A DNA stretch of 64,000 nt from a virus. Location of the stretch: IMG/VR virus record IMGVR_UViG_3300043436_004480, positions 1-64,000 of that record, one strand, 5' to 3'. Below, in pieces: positions 20,462-30,021 of this stretch (position 1 is its first letter; the number at the start of each line of letters is the position of its first letter). The translations under genes were made by a program, and so were the position numbers. The notes beneath the pieces were generated by a model. That model worked only from the letters and a program-made list of their open reading frames with translations. It was not told the origin of the DNA and ran no database searches.

Positions 20462-21097
20462 TTAGTTCTCAACTAAATTTTCACTTTTTGATTTCTTGAT
20501 ACTTACTGCTGCTGGGTTTAGCTGGGATAAACAGAATTTAGATTCATACTTTACATTAGAACGTATATCTAAATCTGCATGACCTTCTGTTGAGTAACGG
20601 AATGCAAAGAATTGATAATTACCAAACTGATCAAGTTTTACAGTTTTATCTTTTCTATCACGAACAAGCTGTTTGCTTTCTTTTTGACGAAGTAAATTCG
20701 CATCTCCTCGGTTTATTCTCTCTAGTTCTTCTCTTGTCAAGATAGGAATACTAGAAATTATTTTTTGAATGCGAGCATTTAGAGGAATAAACTTTTCAGA
20801 ACAAAGTTGTAAATCTTGATTCTGCATATAGAAGTCATATACATCGTCTTCTATACTAATTGTAATCTTTCTACTTTCTACTGGATGTTTTTTAACAAGC
20901 ATCATTTCACCACATAAAGAGTCGTGAAATTTATCTTGATCTTTTACAACTTCATAGTAACTTCTTTCGATGTCTTGTTGCAAAATAGCAATTTTCTTGC
21001 TAGATAGATCTTTGTGAGTAGTAATTGCGCTGAAATAAACAGCAAGGTCACTTACTTTCTCGATTAATTTTGGCGCAAACGCTTTTAACTTTTCCAT
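20462..21097 (-). CDS. Hypothetical protein
   Basis: 211-aa ORF. Confidence 0.7.
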   Translation of the reverse strand: MEKLKAFAPKLIEKVSDLAVYFSAITTHKDLSSKKIAILQQDIERSYYEVVKDQDKFHDSLCGEMMLVKKHPVESRKITISIEDDVYDFYMQNQDLQLCSEKFIPLNARIQKIISSIPILTREELERINRGDANLLRQKESKQLVRDRKDKTVKLDQFGNYQFFAFRYSTEGHADLDIRSNVKYESKFCLSQLNPAAVSIKKSKSENLVEN

Positions 21098-21129
21098 TTT
21101 GGTCTGAGGTTTTGGAAACTAATTTTAAT

Positions 21130-21918
21130 TTACTGTTCTGCTAATATTTCATCAACAGATTGTGGTACTGAACGCAACTTTTTAATTGTACTGTTTGTAT
21201 TGCAATGATATTCTAAGAACATACAATTACAAAGTCCGTGTGAAATGTGAGTATTTCCACTATCTTTGTCGTGAATTTCTCCACATAAATACTTTTCTAA
21301 ATGATTTATCAAAGAGTTTATGATTTGATGTGGATCCATTTGTTTTTTCCAGTTATTAGCTGAATATTTTTTTGCTCCTTCTACCAAACATTCTGCAAAT
21401 TCTGGAAGAACACTACAAAAGAGACTATGATCCACTTTTGAACTGTTGTCTCGCATTGCTTCATTAGGAAGCAAATGTTTAGAATTTTTCTCGTATTTCT
21501 TTAGTTTTTCTATTCCTATATCAAATACATACTCTTTATCTTTTTCAGATAAACCAATAAGAAAAAAAGCAACTGCTGTTTGCATACAACAGTTCATAAT
21601 ACTATCAACATGTCTGTTTTCTGGACTGCACGTTTTAAAGTATTCATAGGAAGCTATTAAAACTTCTTCTTCTTTTGTAGTTGCAAAATAATACAGATTT
21701 TTAAGAAAATAAGAATAAACTAATTTTAAAAATATAGGTTCTATTAGAAACAAAGAGTTTTTCTCAGCGAGAAAATCTTTTAATAGATAATCCCTCATGT
21801 GTGAAAACTGAACTTCAAAATCACCATGAGTCGGATTATATATTATGTGTTTTACAGAAATTATATCGTGAAGAAATTCAGGATTTTCTGTAAGTTGCAT
21901 ACCTTCTTGATTTAACAT
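21130..21918 (-). CDS. dATP/dGTP diphosphohydrolase domain protein (DUF5664-like)
   Basis: GAKKYSANNWKK...SLINHL...DSG..HISH..CN..FL in the C-terminal part. Confidence 0.75.
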   Translation of the reverse strand: MLNQEGMQLTENPEFLHDIISVKHIIYNPTHGDFEVQFSHMRDYLLKDFLAEKNSLFLIEPIFLKLVYSYFLKNLYYFATTKEEEVLIASYEYFKTCSPENRHVDSIMNCCMQTAVAFFLIGLSEKDKEYVFDIGIEKLKKYEKNSKHLLPNEAMRDNSSKVDHSLFCSVLPEFAECLVEGAKKYSANNWKKQMDPHQIINSLINHLEKYLCGEIHDKDSGNTHISHGLCNCMFLEYHCNTNSTIKKLRSVPQSVDEILAEQ

Positions 21919-22054
21919 ACTTAGTACATTTTGATGGTTTTAAGGGCTTGAGAATTGAATAGATTTTAGCAAGCTGACCATTGGGCAAGGATATTAAAAT
22001 CTAAATGGGTATTGATTGAGGTATGAACCCCAGAAAAAGAAAGAAGCTGGCGGA

Positions 22055-22243
22055 CTACCACATTTCTAACCATTTCTTGAATAATGCAACGATTGTTATT
22101 ATTGAAACTCCCCAAATTAAACCTACCAAAAACCAATCTGAAAATCGGTTCTTTTTAATGGCGTCATTTAAAGAAAGCGCACAAAACATTGCATGAAGAA
22201 GGATTATTATTACAAATCCTATTGTGTAAATAACTTCTTTCAC
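22055..22243 (-). CDS. Small membrane protein with two hydrophobic segments
   Basis: Two hydrophobic stretches. Confidence 0.6.
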   Translation of the reverse strand: MKEVIYTIGFVIIILLHAMFCALSLNDAIKKNRFSDWFLVGLIWGVSIITIVALFKKWLEMW

Positions 22244-22245
22244 AA

Positions 22246-22563
22246 CTATTCAAGTTTTGGGAATGGACTCCAATGTGAATACATATAGTATTCTGCATAA
22301 TACTTGTTTTTAGTTATGATTTTCTCTCCGTCTATGTGAGAATGACCATCCGTAAGACGATCAGGATTAAAACGAACATCTCTGGAGAAAATTGTTCCGT
22401 ATACAATAATACTTTGTCCTTTCTCTGGCAATTCGTCTGCAAATCTCTTGGGTTTTAGTTCAGTAAATGCAGCATCTACTCCTCTTTTGAAAGCAACCAT
22501 TGAGTTACTTTCTGTATAGGGATTTTCTATTTTTATTTTCATAATTCTGGAAAAGGTAACCAA
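22246..22563 (-). CDS. NPY/HW.PFP paralog family member (DUF551-like)
   Basis: IENPY..GVDAA..ELPE..YSHWSPFP. Confidence 0.65.
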   Translation of the reverse strand: MVTFSRIMKIKIENPYTESNSMVAFKRGVDAAFTELKPKRFADELPEKGQSIIVYGTIFSRDVRFNPDRLTDGHSHIDGEKIITKNKYYAEYYMYSHWSPFPKLE

Positions 22564-22835
22564 TGAGTGTATTTAAAATAATTTACATAACAATTATCTT
22601 TTATCTTCGTGGAATCAAAAGATGTAATGTTAGCAAAACTAGTTATGTGCTTACCAAGAACCAAAACAATCTGTCTTTCTTCCGGAAACTCATCTGCAAA
22701 CTTTTTAGGTTTTAATGCAGAAAATGCAGCTTGAACACCTTCATCGAACACAACTGATTTCAAAAAATTGAAATGTGCTGTCGAGTTTTCTGTTCCTATT
22801 TGCTCTGCTGTTCTATAAGGATTTTTAATATCCAT
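22539..22835 (-). CDS. NPY/HW.PFP paralog family member
   Basis: IKNPY..GVQAA..EFPE..YTHWLPFP. Confidence 0.65.
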   Translation of the reverse strand: MDIKNPYRTAEQIGTENSTAHFNFLKSVVFDEGVQAAFSALKPKKFADEFPEERQIVLVLGKHITSFANITSFDSTKIKDNCYVNYFKYTHWLPFPEL

Positions 22836-22840
22836 AAGTA

Positions 22841-23122
22841 TTAACTTTTAAATGGAAATGGTCTCCAATGTGTATATTTATAATTACAAAAAGTAAATAT
22901 TCCATCTTCAAGATGGTCCTCCCAGAAAAAAGCTTTTTTACAATTCATATTATCCATAACTATTATTGGTTGCCATGGTTCTGGTAATTGTTCTTTAAAA
23001 CTTTTTTCTCTGGTTGCTTCTAATGCAGCTTGTACACCTTCTGCAAAACATTTTTCTCTAACACTAAAGTAGATTTTTCCGTCTTTACAGTTTTCTTTGA
23101 CGTAAGGATTTTTAATATCCAT
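22841..23122 (-). CDS. NPY/HW.PFP paralog family member
   Basis: IKNPY..GVQAA..QLPE..YTHWRPFP. Confidence 0.65.
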   Translation of the reverse strand: MDIKNPYVKENCKDGKIYFSVREKCFAEGVQAALEATREKSFKEQLPEPWQPIIVMDNMNCKKAFFWEDHLEDGIFTFCNYKYTHWRPFPFKS

Positions 23123-23124
23123 AG

Positions 23125-23454
23125 TTATTTCTTGATTAAGTAAAAATCCATGTTTACTTTTTTAGAAGTTTTAAGAATTGTAAAAGAAAGTGAAAATTCA
23201 AAATCTTTATATTTACCTAATTCTTCTGAAAACTCTGAGTTTATAAACTCTTTTACTGTAATCTCTAAACCTTTGACTTTTTCTGATGCAGTTCCAAACT
23301 TATCATCTTCAAAGATTGGATTCGTGAGAACTAATCTTTTTGCAAATGAGGTAAAACCTTTGTTGTGAAGTACAGAATCTTCGAGTCTTGCTAATAGTTC
23401 TTTTCCAAGTTCTTTGATGGAATTATGGAATTCTGTATTGAAACCGTCTATCAT
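23125..23454 (-). CDS. Hypothetical protein
   Basis: 109-aa ORF. Confidence 0.6.
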   Translation of the reverse strand: MIDGFNTEFHNSIKELGKELLARLEDSVLHNKGFTSFAKRLVLTNPIFEDDKFGTASEKVKGLEITVKEFINSEFSEELGKYKDFEFSLSFTILKTSKKVNMDFYLIKK

Positions 23455-23486
23455 CTTCTTCTTTTTCTGGGGTTTGTAACGAAGTC

Positions 23487-23897
23487 TTAATACAAATCTT
23501 CGCTAAATAGAGTTTTTGTGGATTCTCCAGTTCTAGGACAAATTCCTATAAATTCTGCGGCTTCTTCTCTTGTCAAGTAATTATTATGTGAAGTTAGAAA
23601 ACCTTGTTCACTAAATCCATTTGTCATATCATCTACTTGTTCTTGAGTTATATCTGGATTTGCTGCTTTTACTATTGCTACAAATAACCAGATACAATGT
23701 GCGTGTCTAAGTCCAGAAATCACTATTCCTGAATCTTTATTTCTTGGCTTTACAAGCTTGGATATATCATCAGAAAACAAATTTTTGTTATTTTCTGTTT
23801 CTTCTATATAAATTGCAGAGCAAATTATATATTCTGGAACTATGATCAATCCGTGACTATCTCTTTCTTGATTATTCATCGTCTTCTTCGTCTTCAA
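23487..23897 (-). CDS. Conserved phage hypothetical protein
   Basis: IICSAI..GLRH..C..QGFLTS..TREEA..LFSEDLY pattern. Confidence 0.65.
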   Translation of the reverse strand: MKTKKTMNNQERDSHGLIIVPEYIICSAIYIEETENNKNLFSDDISKLVKPRNKDSGIVISGLRHAHCIWLFVAIVKAANPDITQEQVDDMTNGFSEQGFLTSHNNYLTREEAAEFIGICPRTGESTKTLFSEDLY

Positions 23898-24126
23898 ATT
23901 CGTCTAAATCGAATTCTGCATCTTCGTCAAGATCAAAATCTTCATCAAAGAATAAATCGTCGTCTTCTTCTTCACAATCTTCATCATCTAAATCGTCGTC
24001 TTTTTCGACAGAACGATCTAAATCATCAAGTTCTTCCTCTTCTGGATCATCTGGCCCAGTTTCGGTATCATATTTCTTTAGAACTATTGGTTCTATCTCT
24101 TCGTGTTCAAGTTCTGAAAACATCAT
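23872..24126 (-). CDS. Hyperacidic small protein
   Basis: About 48 of 84 residues are D or E. Confidence 0.65.
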   Translation of the reverse strand: MMFSELEHEEIEPIVLKKYDTETGPDDPEEEELDDLDRSVEKDDDLDDEDCEEEDDDLFFDEDFDLDEDAEFDLDEFEDEEDDE

Positions 24127-24374
24127 TCTTTTGGAGTTTGCTTTTTAAGTTCGTTAAACTTTTTAGTTATATCCGAAATATCAAGATTTTGAAGTTCTGC
24201 AAGTCTGTACAAAGTTACTAACCATTGTAAAGTTGCATCTTTCAAATGTTGATTTTTCTTCACTTTATCTGATTCGCCAATTATATTTACAAATAGGCTT
24301 GTGTGAATCATTTGTATTGCTCCGAGACAATCAGAAATTTTCTTTGATCGTTCATCTGGCTCTTCTGTATTCAT
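24123..24374 (-). CDS. Hypothetical protein
   Basis: 83-aa ORF with AAAATTATG start context. Confidence 0.6.
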   Translation of the reverse strand: MNTEEPDERSKKISDCLGAIQMIHTSLFVNIIGESDKVKKNQHLKDATLQWLVTLYRLAELQNLDISDITKKFNELKKQTPKE

Positions 24375-24393
24375 AATTTTAAAGTGTTAAAGA

Positions 24394-24421
24394 AAGGAAG
24401 TATGAATTAACATACTTCCTT
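24394..24421 (-). terminator. Hairpin, probable terminator
   Basis: AAGGAAGTATG-N6-CATACTTCCTT. Confidence 0.6.
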
Positions 24422-24432
24422 GTGATTGAGAT

Positions 24433-24822
24433 TTAGGAATTACGTAAAGTCTCCAGTTCTTTCTGCAATTCTTCAACAGATTTGCCTTTCAGAGCCTCAT
24501 TATTTTTTTCAGCAATGAGTTCTGTAATTCTGGCAATATCTGCTTCTTTTCTTGCACGTTCCTTTGCTTTTTCAGCAACAGATTTCTTTTCTGCAATTAC
24601 GAATTTCAAGATTTCAAGACGTAATTCTGAATCTTTGTCAGAAGTAGTCTTTTCATCAATGAAGCTTACAACTTGAGAAGCTTGAACTTTAGAAAAAACA
24701 TCTTTTGCAATGTTATCTAAAGAAGGCAAATTCAAATCCCAGAGTTCTTCTGTTGAGATTTGACCTTTGTTGGTAGTAAATCTAAGTTTCTTCTTAGATG
24801 CTTGTAGGAATAAATTTTCCAC
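24433..24822 (-). CDS. Conserved phage coiled-coil protein
   Basis: LF.QASKKKLRF.T.KG..STEELWDL motif; helical C-terminus. Confidence 0.7.
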   Translation of the reverse strand: MENLFLQASKKKLRFTTNKGQISTEELWDLNLPSLDNIAKDVFSKVQASQVVSFIDEKTTSDKDSELRLEILKFVIAEKKSVAEKAKERARKEADIARITELIAEKNNEALKGKSVEELQKELETLRNS

Positions 24823-24843
24823 GTTTTTGAATTGGGGTTTTAA

Positions 24844-25074
24844 CTAATTATTTAATTTTACTAGTGGTTGAACACCTTTGCTTTCTATAAATGCTTTTAT
24901 AGATTCAAAAGTGTAATGGCCTTCTTCTTTTGCAGCTTTTCCACCATCAAAAGATTCAAACATCCCTTTGAATTCAAAGGTTTCTTCATCATACTTGTAG
25001 CCTGCGGAAGTAATAAGATTTGTATTTCCTACGTTACCTCCAATACTTTTCAGATATAAAGTCTTTATTGCCAT
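24844..25074 (-). CDS. Hypothetical protein
   Basis: 76-aa ORF coupled to its neighbours. Confidence 0.55.
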   Translation of the reverse strand: MAIKTLYLKSIGGNVGNTNLITSAGYKYDEETFEFKGMFESFDGGKAAKEEGHYTFESIKAFIESKGVQPLVKLNN

Positions 25075-27092
25075 TAGAAAGTTACTTTTAAAACTCTTTC
25101 GAAGCTTCCTTTTACTCTAACAAAAATTTCATTTCTTTGAGTTTCAGAGAAACCTAAGCCTGATAATTGTTGTTGAGAAGGTTCTACTTTTAATTTTGAA
25201 CCTAAAACTTCAAATACCTTTCTGTTTTCATCAAATTCTTGTTTTAAGAATTCGTTGAAGAAAGGTCTTGGAGTTTCATCACAAATACAGTTTTCAAGCA
25301 CAAATATGTAGTGCTTGTTTCCTGTTGCTTGTCCCCAGTGGTTTGGAGAAAGCATTACGTTCTTAACTTTGACAAAGTTCTGAGTTTTAGTTCCCCACTT
25401 TTCAACTGATTTTGCAGCTGATTCTTTTGAGTTTAATGGAGAACTTATTGTAAACTTGCCATTTTTCAAGTTCACAACTGCAACTTGAACATTTTCATCG
25501 CCTTTTAAGTTTTTTGGGTACTCAAATTCATGTATGATACCATCAAACTCCACTTGCGCTTTAAATCCTCCTTTGCTGAGACTATGAGAAAAATTGTTAA
25601 CGTACAGATTATAGTTTCCGTCTTGCATTCTTGCTTTGTTAGACCAAACTATATTTTCTACTGCTATATCTTTTCCCGGGAATCTTATATCTACATCCAA
25701 ATTTCCTGACATTCCAGAAATTGATCTGTCACCACTTTTATTATACTGTCCGTAATAAATGTGAGTTCCGTTAGGTTCCTTTGCGTGAGCATCAAAATCT
25801 ATACTGTTTTTGCCATCATGATTCCATTCAATTGAAAATCTCAAAACACCTTCGACATTTCCGCCTGCACTCTTTACTCTCTCTTTCATAGAATCTGCAA
25901 TTGCATTTACATATGACCAAGAGAATAAATTATTCCATTTGAACAATGGTTTTGCATCTTTGTTTACTCCTGTGATAAGAGTAATCAAATTTGACAAGTG
26001 ATTGTTTTCTACAAGTAATTCAACTGAACTACTTGTTGGAAGTACATCTTTTATGAATTTCTCAATGGAAATTGTTTCTGCTTTTGAGAAAGATTTTGCA
26101 GAAACAGAAGATGTTGCGAGATCTGAAAATACGTCTTTTACGGTTGAACTTTTATCAACAAATAAAATATCGTTTATGTCCAGATCTGATTCTACTGCAA
26201 ATCTTCTTTCTAAAGAATCTTGCAATCCTAATTCAGTCAACTTTTCTTTCGCCTGTTCTACCATTTTTGGAGTAACTAGCGCAGTAGGTCTTTTGTAATT
26301 AGCTGGAGCCATAACTACTTCATATTTTGAAACGCAGGCATCCAAATCTAATACACCTTCTGACAAATCGACAAGCAATGTACCAATTGCGGCATTTCTT
26401 AATCTTGATATTGTAGGAGGAACCATACTTGCAGTTTTCATGCAGAAGTTTCTTTTTACTTCTACATCATCTGGAAGTTTTACAAACAATTCTTTTAAAC
26501 GAGAGAATTCTTTTACTAAATTCACAAATTCTGAACCACGATACAAGGAGTTTTGATTTGTCAATTCTACAACTGTTTGCAAAGCATCAGTAGTTATAGT
26601 TTCTAAACCTCTCTGCAAAACTTCGGCAGTAGTTCTGAACTCACCAACTTCACTTGCAACTGTGCCACCTCTAACTACATAAGTAGTTGGAAGTTTTAAG
26701 AAAAAGTGATTCCAATTTACGTCTTTGATCGGATCATAATTCTTATCTGTACCAAGTTTAACAAAATCATTAATGAATTTGCTACGAACTGGTAAAGAAT
26801 GAATATAGTCACGAATATTTTTTACAGATTGAAAATATTCATCTGTTTCTTCAAGTTCAATATCCCAAAGAGATAATTTCTTGTTGTTCTGAATTGCTAC
26901 AATTCCTGACCATTGTCTTAGGAAGGATTTGCAACAATTACAAGTGTTACCTTGACGAGTTTCTTCTGTGAAACCATCTAAGTATAAGTCCCAAATCTTA
27001 TCTTTGTCTATTTCAACAAAGAATAATGTGGAACCTGTCAGTAATACTTCAAACTGACTTTGGACTTTCTGTTTTAGTGCTAAAAAGCTCAT
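25074..27092 (-). CDS. Large conserved phage protein with CxCC motif and TerD/YfaP-like C-terminal domain
   Basis: TCNCCKSFLRQ; APANYKRP; LRFSIEWN..DFDAH..EP; LDVD..AVENI; SPNHW..GNKHYIF. Confidence 0.65.
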   Translation of the reverse strand: MSFLALKQKVQSQFEVLLTGSTLFFVEIDKDKIWDLYLDGFTEETRQGNTCNCCKSFLRQWSGIVAIQNNKKLSLWDIELEETDEYFQSVKNIRDYIHSLPVRSKFINDFVKLGTDKNYDPIKDVNWNHFFLKLPTTYVVRGGTVASEVGEFRTTAEVLQRGLETITTDALQTVVELTNQNSLYRGSEFVNLVKEFSRLKELFVKLPDDVEVKRNFCMKTASMVPPTISRLRNAAIGTLLVDLSEGVLDLDACVSKYEVVMAPANYKRPTALVTPKMVEQAKEKLTELGLQDSLERRFAVESDLDINDILFVDKSSTVKDVFSDLATSSVSAKSFSKAETISIEKFIKDVLPTSSSVELLVENNHLSNLITLITGVNKDAKPLFKWNNLFSWSYVNAIADSMKERVKSAGGNVEGVLRFSIEWNHDGKNSIDFDAHAKEPNGTHIYYGQYNKSGDRSISGMSGNLDVDIRFPGKDIAVENIVWSNKARMQDGNYNLYVNNFSHSLSKGGFKAQVEFDGIIHEFEYPKNLKGDENVQVAVVNLKNGKFTISSPLNSKESAAKSVEKWGTKTQNFVKVKNVMLSPNHWGQATGNKHYIFVLENCICDETPRPFFNEFLKQEFDENRKVFEVLGSKLKVEPSQQQLSGLGFSETQRNEIFVRVKGSFERVLKVTF

Positions 27093-27123
27093 TTTGAATT
27101 AATTTTAAAGGTAATACTTAATT

Positions 27124-27408
27124 TTACTCAATTAATTGAGGAGGTGGAGGTGACATATTCACTTTTATATTTGTGTAAGCAGTTTGTTTTGGTTTGCCAG
27201 TTGTAGAATCTAAATGCACATTGACTTCTATACTTACATGAAAATCTAATTTTCTAAGATCTTCGCAGACTTTGTTGATTACTGCGCCATTTGAAGATAT
27301 AATTGTGAATTTGAACTCCGACTGAACTATTTCAAAATGCTTAAAAACTGCAAGTTTGATGGTTTGAACTAGCAATCTTGTTTTATCAACATTTCTTGAA
27401 TAAAACAT
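27124..27408 (-). CDS. Hypothetical protein
   Basis: 94-aa ORF. Confidence 0.55.
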   Translation of the reverse strand: MFYSRNVDKTRLLVQTIKLAVFKHFEIVQSEFKFTIISSNGAVINKVCEDLRKLDFHVSIEVNVHLDSTTGKPKQTAYTNIKVNMSPPPPQLIE

Positions 27409-27920
27409 CAGGTAAGTGCTTTTAAAAGTAAATTGTTACTTCCATCTCCATAAGTTTCATACAAAACTTTACTATCATAAACTCTGATAGAAGGTTTGAA
27501 ATCTTTTATAGAAAGGGAAGAGAATGTTGCTTTTCTTGTAGCTTTATCAAATTTTTCTAAAACTACAATATGAAATCCTCCAGTACAATAAGACATTGTT
27601 ACTTTGCCGTCTTCGTCAATTTCAGATATAACTAATTCTCTATCTGAAAAACGATTTCTGATTGCAAATACATCTCCTTCTTCTAATGAACTTGACGAAC
27701 TTGGATATGGAGGGAAGGTGCCGTCCGGTCTTATATTCTTTGCTTTTTCTGGGATATTTAACTTATCTATATCATAGGAATTTTCTAGATTTCGATAAAT
27801 ACCCAATAAATCTTTAGAAGTTAACAATTCTTTGAATTTTGCTGATCTTTTGATTGCATAACTCAAACAAGTTTCATTCTTCTCGATTATTACTTTTTGT
27901 AATACTGATTGAGTTTCCAT
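27408..27920 (-). CDS. Hypothetical protein
   Basis: 170-aa ORF, translationally coupled. Confidence 0.65.
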   Translation of the reverse strand: METQSVLQKVIIEKNETCLSYAIKRSAKFKELLTSKDLLGIYRNLENSYDIDKLNIPEKAKNIRPDGTFPPYPSSSSSLEEGDVFAIRNRFSDRELVISEIDEDGKVTMSYCTGGFHIVVLEKFDKATRKATFSSLSIKDFKPSIRVYDSKVLYETYGDGSNNLLLKALT

Positions 27921-28171
27921 TATTTAGGTTTTAAGAATGAAAAAAATCCTTTTTTCTTTTTTTCAGGTGTTTTTCCTGTCAAAGAGTAAATGTGTGTTTG
28001 TATTGCATCTTCATAGGTCTTTTGAAATGTTTCTAATGTTTTAGATTCCATTATTAACTGTCCGTTTTTATAGAAATTAATTGTTCTGGAATCAAAGTCT
28101 ATGCAATATTTACCTTCTGGCGTAACGTGCCATTTACGATGTTTGTTTTTTCTGTCGTCTGAAAATTTCAC
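27920..28171 (-). CDS. Hypothetical protein
   Basis: 83-aa ORF. Confidence 0.55.
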   Translation of the reverse strand: MKFSDDRKNKHRKWHVTPEGKYCIDFDSRTINFYKNGQLIMESKTLETFQKTYEDAIQTHIYSLTGKTPEKKKKGFFSFLKPK

Positions 28172-28182
28172 GATTGAAAGTT

Positions 28183-28701
28183 TTAAATTTTAAAATCAGT
28201 TTGTGTAGAAATATAATTGTACACTTCTGCGTTCCATCTTGCATCTGCTAATGCGTTATGGTCTCCTGATACTTGTTTAGGAAGATCACGTTTGTTAATC
28301 TTATGAAGATCCAAAAGAAATTTTAAATCTCTTGTGTACATAGGAAATTGTTTTGGCAAATCTACCATCTGTCCAAACAATCCGCAAAACATAACCCAAT
28401 CGTAATTACCATAATAAGTATAAAATTGGTATTCTTCATGATCTTGGATAATTTGCTGATAAACAAAAGAAGTTATTTTATCTTTTGCATCTTCAACTTT
28501 TATCAAATGTTCTCCATTTCCTTTTGCCCAAGACATTTTTGGCAGAACATTCTTTTTTACAAAATCATTCTGATATGCTTCTGGACAAGGAGGAAATTCA
28601 AGATATAAAGATTTATCATTTTGTAGGTTTATTAATCCTATTGATAAAGGAATAATATTTGAGCCAACTGCTACAAATTCAGTATCAAAAGTAAATTTCA
28701 T
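28183..28701 (-). CDS. DEDDh 3'-5' exoribonuclease (Rv2179c/RNase AS-like)
   Basis: FDTEF, SIG, YDWV and HNALADARW motifs. Confidence 0.8.
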   Translation of the reverse strand: MKFTFDTEFVAVGSNIIPLSIGLINLQNDKSLYLEFPPCPEAYQNDFVKKNVLPKMSWAKGNGEHLIKVEDAKDKITSFVYQQIIQDHEEYQFYTYYGNYDWVMFCGLFGQMVDLPKQFPMYTRDLKFLLDLHKINKRDLPKQVSGDHNALADARWNAEVYNYISTQTDFKI

Positions 28702-28719
28702 GGCTGTAATTCTGCTGGT

Positions 28720-28896
28720 TTAGGTCTGATGGAATTTGTTATTACCGTTGATTATATCCAAATCTTTTGGATAAATGTTCCAATCTGGAACGGTTGCATA
28801 CAAATAAGAAGATCCTGTTACCAGAATCTTCTTGTCAGGTCTTTGCGCTATTTGATAGAGAACGTGTCTGAACTCTTCTGTAAATTGTTTTTGCAT
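28720..28896 (-). CDS. Short ORF with a nucleotidyltransferase-like motif, possibly truncated
   Basis: ILVTGS...PKDLDII; only 58 aa. Confidence 0.4.
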   Translation of the reverse strand: MQKQFTEEFRHVLYQIAQRPDKKILVTGSSYLYATVPDWNIYPKDLDIINGNNKFHQT

Positions 28897-28900
28897 AATT

Positions 28901-29746
28901 TTAAGCAAATAAAAGCGGAAAATCAGACTTGTTTGAATTACAAAAATCAACGAGAGTTTTTAAATGCTCGTCCATTTTGTCGGTGTTGTAAAATTCTGTT
29001 TCTAGATCTGAATTCTGCTCCAGAAGATAATCTTTCAGAGCATCTGAAATACAATATAAATGCCAACGATCTTCTAAGAAGTTTTTAACCTTTTTCAAAC
29101 CTATAAGTTTTAAAAACGGTCGTGTTTGATTATTTGTACCAGCAATTTTTAATCCTTGTTCAACAACAGTTCTTACTGATTCAAAACTAGGAACCCATTC
29201 GATTTCTTTTTTAAAATTTAATAAGTCACGAAAAGTTGTACACTTATTTCCAATTTCGTCAACTTCTCTTACAAATGAATTATCCCAAATTAATTCAGGA
29301 ATATTTTCTCCTCTTCTAAGAGTATCAAGTTCTGAATCCCAAATTGCAATCTTGTAGATATTTGGTAAACTTGGCAAACTTTCGAGATATTGTTTTTCTT
29401 CTGGATAGGCAGCAATAAACGCTTCCTTTTGAAAATCTTCTGCTACACTAAACATCAAAGCCATGTGTAGATAATAAAGAAAAACTGCATCTTGTACTGA
29501 AAGTATAACCAACTGTCCAGATACAAAAGCTTCTAGCTTTTCTTTAAGCAAATTTTTAATAAAAAGTATTTGCTTCTGACCTACTTTTGATTCTAAGTCG
29601 GATGCACTTTCTATGTTGCCGAAATATCTCTGTCTTATCAAAGAAGCTTCTGGAGCAAGACTGTCTAATCCGATTAGAACAACAAATGCTTGAAGGTTAT
29701 TTGTGTCTATAAATGCACAAACTTTTTCGTTTGGGGTATTACTCAT
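28901..29746 (-). CDS. Hypothetical protein
   Basis: 281-aa ORF. Confidence 0.7.
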   Translation of the reverse strand: MSNTPNEKVCAFIDTNNLQAFVVLIGLDSLAPEASLIRQRYFGNIESASDLESKVGQKQILFIKNLLKEKLEAFVSGQLVILSVQDAVFLYYLHMALMFSVAEDFQKEAFIAAYPEEKQYLESLPSLPNIYKIAIWDSELDTLRRGENIPELIWDNSFVREVDEIGNKCTTFRDLLNFKKEIEWVPSFESVRTVVEQGLKIAGTNNQTRPFLKLIGLKKVKNFLEDRWHLYCISDALKDYLLEQNSDLETEFYNTDKMDEHLKTLVDFCNSNKSDFPLLFA

Positions 29747-30021
29747 AGTGATTTTAGTTTTAGAATTACAGGTTCTCCGAAATCTTGAGTCATTCGTTTT
29801 TCGATGACTGAAATGATTTCTTCTTTTGCTTTTTGCATTGATGAATACTGCTCATCAAGAACATCATCACCTCCTGCAAGTACAGTAGTCATGTAAACTA
29901 ATTCTATTTCTTTGTTTGGCATTTTTGCAGGTATTGTGTTGATTTCGCAATGAAATCCGCAAAATGCTAATACGAAACTACTGTCAGTTTCCAAGTCTGG
30001 CGTTAATTCTTTCTGGATCAT
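29743..30021 (-). CDS. Hypothetical protein
   Basis: 92-aa ORF with ATGA overlaps. Confidence 0.6.
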   Translation of the reverse strand: MIQKELTPDLETDSSFVLAFCGFHCEINTIPAKMPNKEIELVYMTTVLAGGDDVLDEQYSSMQKAKEEIISVIEKRMTQDFGEPVILKLKSL

